From assembly GCA_013239625.1 (NCBI GenBank), contig MU055083.1:1423819-1487818 (forward strand): 64,000 bases of DNA, given 5' to 3'. The notes beneath the pieces are model-generated. The model saw nothing but the letters and a program-made list of their open reading frames with translations. It did not search any database and was not told the origin of the DNA. The DNA is from Lama guanicoe (lineage: Eukaryota). Positions 12,949 to 25,098 of the stretch are shown here, in pieces. Position 1 is the stretch's first letter. Each line of letters begins with the position of its first letter. The position numbers were made by a program, and so were the translations under genes.

Positions 12949-14489
12949 TTGGAGGGACCAAGAAGGGGGAAGGGTTGGCTCCCAAAGGAAATTCAGGAAA
13001 TCGTTACCAGAAAAGGGTATGAATGAATGCTCAAAAGGCAAAAGTAACCAAAGTCCACTACACTTCCTCCCTGAGTCCTAACCAACAAACCACTGGAGGT
13101 GAGACGCCAATAAGCTCTTGGAAGACGTCAGCTGGGATTCACAGCTGCTTCTGATTGTCAGTCATGTCCCCCTAGGAGAAGTTCCAAAGCACAGTCGTGC
13201 CCAACTGCTCAACTCTCGAGCAGGGCTCAATGTCTCCCTGGCCATCAGTCCTCATTTTTCCATGCTTCACCTTTGGGGCAGTCTTAGAAAATCCATGCCC
13301 TGGCCAGGCCGGGTGCATATTCAACCATTTCAAAATGTTGGAAGAGGAAGTCTGCTGGCTTCATGTGTAATTTAGCTGCGAGAACTGGAACAGCTTGCAT
13401 TTTGGTATGTTCCTCATTTTGCAAATGAATGTTATTTTCATAATGGACGATAATGGCGCCCTCAGAGTTATCCTGGTCCGTCATATTAATGTGGATGGTG
13501 GCGCTTTAATAAGACTTGACTTTTGACTCCTCAGGCGTGCATCGTGATTGCTTGGCTGTTCACACACCGAATTGTCAGCCGTTATTCCTCTTGTGAATTG
13601 ATATTTATTTCTTATTTCACCACTTCCACGGGATGACTTAGAACATGAATAATACATTGATGAGCCCAAAGATACATCAGTAGCTTGAAGTGACAAAGGA
13701 CTGGTTTTTAAGTCCTGATGAAATTCTGGTTGAGGAAGTATAGTGTCTGTATTGTCTAACTTTGAGATCTCTGTGTCCCCAGCATTCTACACATCTCTCT
13801 GGAGACAGACTAGAGAGATGGTCCCGATTTCCAATTTTTCCCAGTTCAATTTGTTTCAGGATGGGGGTGTTCACACCATAAAATGACTGGATAAGAAGGA
13901 TATTCACAGGCAAGAATTCCTGGAGAGCACTTCTGGCAGAGAAGTGGTTTTGAGCTAAGTTCTTGGAAAGAAAACATAAACCCTTTAAAATTTCTTATAG
14001 GAGAGCTGGAAAATCTGCAGACCCCTCTGCACTGAGTCCAACCCAACTGCCCAGGGACACTTAGAGGGTGGCTGTGATGACCTATCGCTGTACAGGGACA
14101 CACTCTTGCCTCTGCCCAAAACACAAGACTCAGGGTTTCCTTTGATCCCTTTGTGCAGCATTCCATGGGTTCTAGGTCCACTTCTAGAAAGTAACCGTTA
14201 ACCTCCCTGTCTCCCACTACCCAGTCCTCCCTTCTCTCACTCTCAGGGGGTCATGCTACCCCAAGTGCCTTTGGAAATGACACATCCCACTATCTCCTGC
14301 CTGTCCTGCTGCCTCCCGCCTCAGCCTCATCTTCCCCCAGGGCAGCCACTTACTTTATATATTCTGAGGCAGATCCAATATCAGATGTTACGTGGCTTTG
14401 TTGCAGTTTGGTTTGGAATATGTGGATCACACAGATCTCCCTTCATCAACCCTGTAACGGAACAGCCCTCAGTTGTGGCCCCGTGGGAG

Positions 14490-14720
14490 AGTAGACAGAG
14501 CCTGGTCGGTGCACTCAGCGAGACTTGGGTTCCCATCTCAGCTTGCCTAGCTCACTGGCTGTGCAACTCGGGGCAAGTTACTTCACTTCTCTGAGCCTCT
14601 GTGTCCCCCTCTGTAAAGTGGGCGCAATCACATAGACTCCAGAGGGCCTCTTATGAAAATTAAGAGATCATGTCACTAGCACACTAAGCACACTGTCTGG
14701 CACACAGCTGGCTCTCAGGA
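14490..14720 (+). mobile_element. MIR SINE
   Basis: ggcaagttacttcacttctctgagcctctgt...ctgtaaagtggg. Confidence 0.75.
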
Positions 14721-15931
14721 AGTGGTTTCCCTTGTTAGTTTAGAAAGCGTTCTGGCAGACACGAGGTCTCGTCGGTGGAGGACAGGGGTGCCTATTCTTT
14801 CCCTCCTTCTCGAAGCTCCCCTAGACAACTCTCTCCTGTCTCATCTTTTCCTTCTTTCTTCCTCAGCCTCTCGTCTCCTCCACCTTTTTCAGTCCCACCC
14901 ACAACTCCGAGAGGGATGGAAGAAGATGGAGTTGTTTATTTGGAGACTAAATTCAACACTGACCCTCAGAAAAAAGGAAAAAAAAAACCCCCAAAACCCA
15001 AGCCCTGCAGTACACTCTTATTCCCACATAAGCGCCACATTTAAACAAAGCCTTTCGGCCCGAACTGAAAATTACCGTCCCGCTGGGAGGCGTAAACCAG
15101 AGGGGCTGCCTGTGTGAAAGAGGGACGGGCAGCAGCTGGCAGGGCTGTGTCTGTGGGAAGGAGAAGCCGAGCCCCTTGCTTCATGCATTGATTTTACTTG
15201 GAAAATTGCACTCCCCTTTTCCTTCCACAGACAGGGAAACAATAGCAATCTGTTAAAATGGTGGAGGGCAGGGACGCAACAACTATTACAGCTTGAGACC
15301 CATAAGAGCCCCATTCAGCTGCCCGCTCGAGAGGGAGTTCTGTTGAGGCTTCAGATGATACAGTCTGAGAACGGTATGTAGATACGATTGCAGAAAATTC
15401 CCCCAAGCCCCCAAGCTGAAAAAGCCAAACCAAAACCCAAACAACAGTAGAGCTGAGGAATTTCCCTTTGCCTGGGTAATAATGTTGACACTGATCAAAG
15501 CAGACATTTACTGAGTACTTACTATGTGCTAAGCACAGAGATAAGGGGAGGCTGTCACAGCCGTGAATTCATTTAATCCTTCTGACCAGCCTNNNNNNNN
15601 NNNNNNNNNNNNNNNNNNNNNNNNNNNNNNNNNNNNNNNNNNNNNNNNNNNNNNNNNNNNNNNNNNNNNNNNNNNNNNNNNNNNNNNNNNNNNNNNNNNN
15701 NNNNNNNNNNNNNNNNNNNNNNNNNNNNNNNNNNNNNNNNNNNNNNNNNNNNNNGTACACCCCCACCCCCACACATGCATAACCTCCCCTGCTGTCTGTG
15801 GCCCCCACCTGAGTGGGTAGGCACTATCTGTCTTCCCATTTTCACAGATGAGGAAACTCAGTAACTCACCTAAAGTCACACGGTTGGTGCTTTGTGTCTC
15901 CTCATTCTGGCTCCCACGCCCACACTCTTTC

Positions 15932-16064
15932 TGTTGTTGTTGTTGTTTTGTTTTGTTGGGGGGGAGGTAATTAGGGTTGTTTGTTTAATGGAGGTACTGG
16001 GGATTGAACCCAGGACCTTGTGCCTGCTAAGCACGCGTTCTACCGCTGACTTATTACCCTGCCC
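15932..16064 (-). mobile_element. Camelid tRNA-derived SINE (Vic-1-like)
   Basis: Minus strand GGGCAGGGTAATAAGTCAGCGGTAGAACGCGTGCTTAGCAGGCACAAGGTCCTGGGTTCAATCCCCAGTACCTCCATTAAAC...CCTAATTACCTCCCCCCC has A/B boxes and an A-rich tail. Confidence 0.85.
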
Positions 16065-19000
16065 ACAGATTGTCCTCTCTTTGCATCATGTCCTGGGGTC
16101 TTTCAGATACTTCATGCCTTCTTTCTGACTTTGTAAGGGGCGCTGCCTGGAGGAGGTGCTCAGCTGATGCTGAGAATTTGATTTGTTGGTGGGGCATGTG
16201 TGTGCCTGTGTGTACGCGCACGAGTGTGTGTGTGTGTGTGTGCACGGGTGGACATGGGTGTGGTTTCCATGCCAGCCCCCATTTTGTGGGGCTAGAGGAT
16301 GTTTGCTGAAGTTAGTCAGAGTGGCTGGGACTCGGGGCTCTTGGGTTCTCTTCCTATGATTCATGCGCATCCTGGAGAAATCTGCGAAGCTCTTTAACTG
16401 CAGTGAAAGCTAGTATTCAAAAAAAGAGGATGACTTCGTTCTTCATTCCCTTTTGTACATTTTTCCACTAGCACACAGGCTCCTTCAGGAAATTCTGGAT
16501 CTTTAACCATCTTTAGAACAAGTCATTTTATTAGTAGTACTTCTTTCAACTATTTTTTTTTTCAGAAGCCATCTACTAACTGGGCATTTGTTCACAACAT
16601 TTCATTCATTCTTTCACTCATTGTTTTGACGGTCACTCTGCCCCTACTGTGTGCCAGGCACTGGCCTGCACTACGGAGATGGAACACATCTTTACCTCTG
16701 AGGCACTCCTGCAGCTGGGAGACCGACAAGGGCGTGGGAGTTGAGATTTGGTAAAGAAGCGTGGGGGATGGGGGAGGGGGAAGAACAGGGGGTTAGGGAG
16801 GATGTCCAGAGGTGGGTGCACTCTCTGAATGAGAGCTCACAAGGCGCCAGGAGTCATGCTCAGCACGCTGCAGACATTATCTCATCCACTCCTCACCCAT
16901 CTATGAGGTAAGTGCCATTATCCCTGTGTTTGTGTACCTCGGATGAATTACTTCACTTCTCCAAGTCTCAGTTTCCTCATCTGTAGAATGGGGTCTGTAA
17001 AACCGCAGAGAGCCATGGTAGGAATGGCATGTTTAACATGATGCACAGGTACTCAGCAGCATGCTGAGCTGGAGTTACCAGGTGGCTCACCTCCTACTGT
17101 TATTCTTACAATGAGATGGGATCTGGGGAGGATGAGTGATTTGCCAAGTTCCCGTAGAGAGTGTCAGAAGTGGGATTTAGATCCTCGTCTCCTAAGTACA
17201 AGCCACGCCACCGTGTGTGTCTGCTTAGGAGTCCAGGATGGGTTTGGGGAGTTTTTCCTGGATGGACAGATGTATTACTGAAAGATTTTCAATGGGGGGT
17301 GGCCACCTCAGACTTCCTCCTCTGTAACCCCACTCGTAGTAGCTACACTAGCCACCTGGTCATCCTCTACAGTGGACACGGTCACCATGTCCTCAGTTTC
17401 TAAACGTGGCATCTCTTGTTCTAAAGTCTCCACTTCCTTTGGAATTATCAGGGAATTATCTGGAACAGAAACCATGAAGTCGATTGAGGACCAAGGATTC
17501 TCACCGTGGAACTCCGGGCTGGCAAATAACAAAGAGAAGTCATTCCAATAGGAGGAGTCGGGGTGGGAACGAAAAGAAAAGAGGCAAAAAGAAAAATAAA
17601 AGCAATCCATCTCTGGCTCAGCGCTGCTAAGTGAAATAATTTTTTATCCTCTGTACAGAGTCACCGGCCAGTGTGACTTGGAGCCACCTCCTGGGGCAGT
17701 TGTAAGGAACCCTGATAAAGATTTATGTGGTTTGTTTTCTTTCTCCAAGCCTTTGAAGATCAACAGAGGAGGTAATGTTTATGGTTGGTGGGTTAGCCCT
17801 ACAGCTCTCCTGGGTCTCCTTTGGCGACCCCCGGGCTGGTTCTCAAGGCAGGAGGCAGCAGACCACGGCTGCCCCATCTGGGGAACTGGCTGTCTAAAGG
17901 CCAGGGTTGGAGAGAATTTCAGACCCAATAGTTCTGGAGGCTTTGCTTACCACAACGGCGTCATCACAGCAGAACGCCCCCACCATCTTCGGAACGGAAC
18001 CAATTCATCCCACAGGGGAATGGACTCTAGAAATTCAGCGTCAAGAGGAAGGAAGAGGTGGGGGTGATGCTTGTAAGACTGGGTTAAACAAGACACGAAT
18101 AGACTTGGCTCTGAAGTTGCTGATTCTGGTCAGGTGAAGGCAGAACTGTCCAGAGTTCTTCAGTATGTGGGACATTATAGGAAGACACATATATATTTTA
18201 AAAAAATAATGAATGAATCTCTGCTTTATTTTTTTAAACGCTAATATTTTCCTGGCACGGCTGGTTAGGATTACTTGTCTGGGTGTCCTGAAGTCCATTT
18301 CAGGACCCAGCTGAACGCTGTGGACAGCTGGAGGAAAGTGGACACCTTGGAGATCCGAAATATTTGGTATGCCTTTCCGACCTCGTTAAAAAAATGAACC
18401 CGTTTGTTTTTTTTTCACATGTTCCTCCACATCCGAGGATAGCTACTGAAAGAACATTGGAAAAACATGTCTTTTGGGGTTATGTTGGGGAGGAAAGTAC
18501 TTCAGTTCTTTGCCTCATGCAGGAAACTCTGTAGACTTATCCTGTTCAGGAACCCAGGAACCAAGCAGTGTGTTCTTCTCTGAGTAACACTGGGATTCAT
18601 TTGAAGAGATGTTTATCCATGTCTTGATTCATTGATCCATTCTTTCGGTCAACAAACTCAGTGAATTTACAAACCATCTGTAAGATCTCAGCTGACCCAT
18701 GACAGTCTTATTAAGGGTGGTCATTTCCCACTTTCTATGGATGAAGAATCCAAGGCACAGGGAGGCTGAACCACTGGACCACACAGCATTTCTGACTCTT
18801 TTCGTTTTTCCCGGGTTGTCTTCCCCAGAATCTATGATGGGACGATCCCAAATGTGGAAGTCAGATAGACCTGAGTTCAAATCCTGTGTCTTCGATTTAC
18901 TTCAGGTGAGTTCAGGCCTCAGTTTGTTCATCTGTAGGATGGAGATCAAAGTAACAATAAAACCCTTGCCTGGGTACAACCCCCGCGACAAGCAAAAATG

Positions 19001-21057
19001 AAGGCAGACCAAGGTGTTCAGACCATCACAAACAGGTTCTCCATATGTAGTATGAATACGGGTATTACTAGATCAAAGCTAGGATCCTTTGCTCTGATCC
19101 CAGGGCCTGAAAGCAGTGCTTTAAGTTCACAGAGGAGCCTAAATGGCCTTTTCTGAGGTGTAGATCCTGCCTTGGGCGCCGTGTTCTCTGCTGGGCAGAG
19201 GTGGTCCTGAGAGCAGTCAGCTTCAGTTTCTCCAGCAGGAGGTAGAAATATTTAACATAACAAGGTGACCTCACCAGATGCTATCATCCATAAACAGCCG
19301 TTTATTCAAGTCGAGCAGGCCCCACATGCCACAGGTAAGCTGGGGAAAGAGGGATTGAATTGTTCGGCTCTGCAGGAGTGGAGGTCGAACAGAAAAGCAA
19401 CACAACCCTTACTCATAACTTCCAATAGCCTCAAGAGTGTGTGTGTGTGTGTTTAAAGCAGGTTAAACAGGTTTTCCACAGAAAGGTGTAGAACAGACCC
19501 AAAGCAGGACAATGATGAGATTTTCTTTTTCATAGGATCATCTTCCTCCTGCCTGTCCCCAAACTCTCTCCTCATCCCAACCCACCCTGCCCCACAACCC
19601 CACCTCGCCGCACCCATCACTCCTCCCGCTGCCTATCCCTAGAGACACGTGAGAAGGCACAAATTAGGCTGATTTAACTGCATAAAGGCACTCTCTTCCC
19701 AAATGAGCAAAAATATTCCCACTTAAAAATGTATATAAAATGTTTATGAAATGAGGGGGGAGATTCCAAAGTTATTGTGGGAGCTGGCACGAGGCAGTGC
19801 CAAACGTATGTTAGAGCACCTCTGATGGTTTTCTTTGCAATTGCCGTTTAAAATATGTAGACACGTTCCTGCTCCCTCCCTGGAAGGCCCCCCACGCCCC
19901 TCCCCCAGGCCCAGCTGCACACGCACACAAGAGCCCACATATATATGCACCCTCGCTCCGACCCAGGAATCCGGCAAAACACGGGGCTGTTCTTTATAGG
20001 CGGGAGCTTGTTGTTTTAGCCTGTTGTTTTCATTTCAGTGCACCTGCACCCCTTGCCTAAGCCCCCCGCCTCACTGCCCTTGCCTTGGCCAACAACACAG
20101 GGATGTGTGTTTCTGAATAAGCCACACATTATTCAATTCGGTTTCCTTAGGAATTTGGTAGGAAAACTCTGGATCCCGGTGAATTGGGCTTAATTGGATC
20201 CTTCAGGTCCAGAGCATGTTTCACCTGCTTTGGGCTGGTTCTCTGGGACTCCTCGGTCCCCACTGACCCTCTCTCCTGCTCCTTCCCCCCAGGAGCTGCA
20301 TGCATGATGGGGCCGAGGTCTCTATCCGAGCAGGAGCAGAGCAGTGAGCTGGGTATGTGGGTGGTAAGGACTGCCCGAGATATTCCAGGGAACTGAAGGG
20401 TGGGTGGAGAGGGTGGGCTCCAGTCTCTAGGCTGATGCAGCGCTATTCCATGTATTTGACGTCCAACTGCTACAGAATCCTATTTGCAAATGCTAAGTAA
20501 CCTAGTTAATATGGTACAAATTATCAGTAGTGGCAGGGGGAATGTTGACTGTGGCAACTTGGGCTTTGAAGGGATTACTCTGCTCTTGGTGCAATCCAGG
20601 GCCAATAATGTCTTAAATCCAATTTCCATTTGATGAGTCTCTAAGTCATGGCAGAGGTGGCACTGCGAAAACAAAGCAATGGCATCTTTCTGGTGGGGAC
20701 AAGCCAATTTGGATCCAATTAAGGCCAGAGTTGCCTTGCCATAGTATGAAGGTGACCTTACTTTCTTAGCCAGAGAGAGAGGAGTGAAGGTCAGGAAGTC
20801 AATGGTGGCTGGTTGGAATATGTAGGATAAAGATGAAAAATGAAGAGTTTGGGTTCTATACTCATCCTCAGGCACCCAGTGTCGAAATCACCTTTACAGT
20901 GTCCCTGAGAGGTGATGGTTCTCCTGGTTGAACACAGGGGACTCACGGCTTCCACTAGGTGGTCCCATTCACTACACTGTTAGACAACTGTGAACATTGG
21001 AATTTCTTTTTTCTGTTGAAATTAAATCAGTCTCCTTTCCGGATCTATTTGGTTGTT

Positions 21058-21619
21058 ATCTATTAGTTATCTATTATTGTGTAACAAATTACTCCAAAAT
21101 TTAGCTACTTAAAGACAACAAACGTTTATTATCTCACAGAGTTTCTGAGGGTCAAGAATTTGGGAGCAGTTCAGCTGTGTGGTTCTGGTTCAGAGTATTT
21201 CATAAGGTTGCAGCCAGGACTGCATCTAGACTGCATCTGAGTTTTGACTGGGGGTTGGAAGGTCTGCTTGCAGGATGGCTTACTCCCATGGCTGTTGGCA
21301 GAAGGCCCCGTTCACTGCTGGCTGTTGGCAGAAGGCCTCAATTCCTCACCATAGATCTCTCCATAGGGCTGCTTGAGCATCCTCGTGGCATGGCATCTGG
21401 CTTCCCCCAGAGCACGTGATATGAGAGAGAGCAGGGCAGAATCCACAATGCCTTTTATGACCTTGTCTTGGAAGTCACACATGGTGACCATCTATCACAT
21501 TGTATTGGTTAGGAGGGAGTCACTAAGATCAGCCCATATTCAAGGTGAGGGAAATTAGGCTCCACCTTTTGAAGGAAAGAGTATAGAAGAACTTGTGGAT
21601 ATAATTTTAAACTACTACA
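21058..21619 (-). mobile_element. MLT1F-like solo LTR
   Basis: tattagttatctattattgtgtaacaaattactccaaaatttagc...ggctgttggcagaaggcc...aaactactaca. Confidence 0.85.
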
Positions 21620-21639
21620 GTCGTAATTCTCCTAAATGA

Positions 21640-22590
21640 TACTATAGAAAATAAGTCGATTCAATTATTATAGTAGCCCTCCAGGAATTTGATTGCCCCT
21701 CTCAGCTGTTAACACCTCTGGCTGAACAGCCTCATTTCTTTAGACTATTACATGCACGACCTGGTATATATCCCCCTACTGTTCCTGAAGCTGAAACAAG
21801 TTACCTTGAATTGGGCAGAATACTCAAAATATGAATACAGAAGACTAGGTAATTGTTAGAGCTCGTTAACCTATGCTTAGTACAGTACCTGACACCTAGT
21901 AGGCAGTCAGTTAACTTTTCCTATTGAAAGAATGAACAAATGAATGACAAGATGGGTGGACTTATTTCTATTAAAATACCTGGAAAGTGTATTAGTTTAT
22001 TGGGGGGGGGTGGTATTTTAAAGCAGATTTTACACTCTTGTTTAATTCAAGTTCATTAAATAGAATGCCCAAAATGCCTAAATCAACTTTTTTTTTTTTA
22101 ACACTCCTTTACCCCAGCTACAATTCTCCCATCCTGTTTTTGGATCTTTTAACCTAAATATGGAACTTTAACCCCTACTAAATGACATCTGCTGATTAAG
22201 ATCGTTCTGAATCACAGGGCTATCATCCATTATCAGCTGTCTCGCCTAGACTTATGTGGTCCAAAAATGTAACCTAGGAGTTGTACTTACAAGTCATTGA
22301 TTAAATATTGCTTCTTCAGGCTACCAAGTTATTTCATCTGTGCACATTTGCTCTGCCACCGGGGCTCCAGATTTCCTGTCTCTCCTTCTCACTGGGCTCT
22401 GCATGCAATCAGCACTCCAAAAATGGCAAACCACCCATAACTAACTTGTCCTAACTGCTCTTAAATCCAAGCCATCCTCCACAGATGTGGTGTTCTCTCT
22501 CTCGGTAAAGACCTTTAGAAAGGGAGATTCCACTGCCTCCCACAGCCACCCATCTCCAGAGTTCACCATCTGGCGTTTAGGGAGAAAAGA
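21640..22590. mobile_element. Ancient CR1/L3 fragments with a small L2 piece (~21860-21945)
   Basis: caagtcattgattaaatattg and ggagattccactgcctccc...ccagagt resemble CR1/L3. Confidence 0.5.
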
Positions 22591-23519
22591 GTGGGGAGAA
22601 TGATGTATTGGCAGAATAATTGGGGTGGAAAGGATTTATTCTTGGCCTTTTCAAAGTCTTTTTTGGGTATGAGTGGGTGGAGGGAGATGTGGGGGTGGGG
22701 AAGATGGGTCTCAACTAAAGTCTTAACATCCAGCAGAGGCGGCCATTTTGAAAGCCCACGTAAGAAGCGAAGAGTGGAGGTATTCCACACAGATGTCGGT
22801 ATCTGGGGCCAATTAAGAGAGTGCATGTGGATGAACTCAAAGATGCAAGGGCAGGGATCTGAGTTTTCCTTTGTTCAAATCAGACTCTGCAAAATTCTAG
22901 TTTTAGTTTATTTTTTATCTTGTTCTGCTTTGTTATTGTTTCAAATTACAGAAATAATATGTGCTCTTTTTATCAAGTCTGATCATTTAGAAGTGTGCAA
23001 AAATGTTTATAATTTCCCTATAATTTGTTCAACAGTTCGTCTATTCACGGGCACTCAGGTTGTTTCTAGTTAGTTTTGCTACAGCCAGCAAAGCTGAAAT
23101 AAGCATCTGTGTATATATCCTTATCTATTGGTGCTTTTATCTCTATTGGCCAGATTTTGCAAGGTAGGATTTTGGTTTTACTTGGCAGCATGTTTTACTT
23201 TTATGCTGGTTTATGGTATAACAAACGATGTACTGTCCCCTCTCCCTTAAACCTCTCTGGGCCATGATTCTCTTTTGTTTATGCAGTAGTTGACTTCTCA
23301 AGGTGGCAATGTGGCTGAAGGAAATGCATCTCCTCACTGTTTGGGGTGGGGGTGTAGAGTGGGCTTATTTACATGGACCCAGGTTTGAAGTTGGTCTGTG
23401 TGTGTTGGTGAGTGTGTGTGTGTGTGTGTGTGTTGTGTTTTGAATGACTAAGCTGAAATGCAAGGAATAAGTATATCTAAATATCACTTCATGTTAAATA
23501 AAATAAATGGATTGCAATA

Positions 23520-23690
23520 GTGAGGTGTGGTATAGAAGAGAGACAATAGGATTTAAAGTCAGAAGACCTCGGTCTGGATTCCTCTGCTTACTGGCTAGTC
23601 TCTCTGAGTTGATATCTTCGTAAGGAAAATGGGTATCATCACAGTGACCACCTTACAGGTTGTGAGAATTAAAAGAGATCACATGGTAGG
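23520..23690 (+). mobile_element. MIR SINE
   Basis: agtcagaagacctcggt...aaaatgggtatc...ggttgtgagaattaaaagagat. Confidence 0.65.
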
Positions 23691-24204
23691 TCATACAGCC
23701 CTCCACATGTGATTTAAATGCATTTAATGCAATCAAAACATTTCAGAGGAAGACGCTTTTCTCTTTAACAAAAAACAAACCAACACATAAAGTCAGAACA
23801 GGGGTCTAAGACCTTATGCTGGAGGGAGTCTTCCAGAAACTCAGCAGGGCAAATCCCACTGGTACCCAAACACTGGAGAGGGGCTGGCTGGGTGGAATGG
23901 AAGATATCAGAGGCTTACAATCAATCGTGTGTTTCAAAACAAGCATACACAAAAGGCTGCTTGAGCATTTTCTGCATTAGAGGACCCAGCTTTCTCCTGG
24001 CTGACCAGTATTACTTTCTTTGGGAGAACTATCTGGTTTTGGTATTGGGTGCAAAGATTCATTCTTGTAGATTGAAGCTGTTGGTGGCTGTCTTATGCTG
24101 AGGAGCCGGGGGACACTTCTCAGTGTTTGCTTCTTCCGTTAAGGCAACCAACTCAATGATGTGTCCGGAACTGTTTGGGTTTTAAACCTGGAAGTCCACT
24201 GTCC

Positions 24205-24335
24205 TCAATCCTAGGCACGTTAGATAGCCTTGCTCATTCTCTTGGAGCATGTGCTCTGGGTGAAACCGGGTGCCATGCCAGGAGGACACTCAAGCAGCCC
24301 TACGGAGAGATGTACCTGGTAAAGAACTGAAGACT
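24205..24335 (+). mobile_element. MLT1E/F-like internal LTR fragment
   Basis: gccatgccaggaggacactcaagcagccctacggagag...gaactga. Confidence 0.6.
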
Positions 24336-24345
24336 CCTACATCTT

Positions 24346-24460
24346 TTTAAAAAAAATGTATTTATTTAATTTATTTATTTTCATGGAGATACAGGGGATT
24401 GAACCTAGGACTCTGTACACGCTAAGCATGTGCTCTATCACTGAAATATTTCCCTCCCCC
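24346..24460 (-). mobile_element. Camelid tRNA-derived SINE (Vic-1-like) with perfect 16-bp TSD
   Basis: ggggattgaacctaggac...ctaagcatgtgctctatcactga...ccctccccc. TSD aagactcctacatctt at 24330-24345 and 24461-24476. Confidence 0.9.
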
Positions 24461-24972
24461 AAGACTCCTACATCTTGATCTTCATTCCTAAATGGCTGAA
24501 ACTGTTTAAAGAAAAGAAAATATGTCTTGATCACAAAAGTTGCCCTCCATCCCTCACTCCCTGGGAGTTGTTCTTGGTTCCTTAAGGCTGAGATTCTCAA
24601 ACTTTGCTTTTATGGATTATTGATGTTCTGTGCATGGGAACCAGGGGGTGTTCCATTAAAACTGAATCATAGCTGCTTTTCTTAATTATCAGAAAAGAAA
24701 AAATTAGGATAGCAGTAGAGTTTTGTCAATATTTAGGCCTCACTCAGGTATGACTTAGCAGTTACCTCTTATCACTTGCCTACAACTATATGATTTTAAA
24801 ATACACAATGAAATTTTACTTTAAATTAAAATGTCACGTATGGATAACATGGTATGCCAAAGAGAGCTATTACTTCCAAAGGGCGGGCTTCATGATATAA
24901 AATTTGGGGCCATTTTTAAAGGATTTTCTTGAGGGAATGTTATATAAGGACCCTTCAGAAAGTTATAGAAAA

Positions 24973-25098
24973 GGGGATCATATGTCCCAATTTCCAGGGA
25001 CAGTCCCTGATAAGCCAGGGTCCCAGAGTGTCCAGTTAGTGTCCATTCTCATTATCAAAGGTGTTCTAGTTTGGATGATAAATTATGTTTTCATCCTA
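24973..25098. mobile_element. hAT-Blackjack MITE (MER94-like)
   Basis: Degenerate TIRs aggggatcatatgtccc / ggatgataaattatgttttcatccta and internal gggacagtccc. Confidence 0.55.

Noticed and set aside
15980-16064. tRNA-like sequence with A and B boxes (also 24385-24460)
   Set aside because: These are SINE heads followed by a family-specific body, an A-rich tail and (second copy) a TSD; there is no intact cloverleaf.
22591-23073. 160-aa plus-strand ORF, and the 179-aa minus-strand ORF at 27211-27750
   Set aside because: No recognisable domain, codon bias or splice context, and the first partly overlaps degenerate repeat; consistent with chance ORFs.
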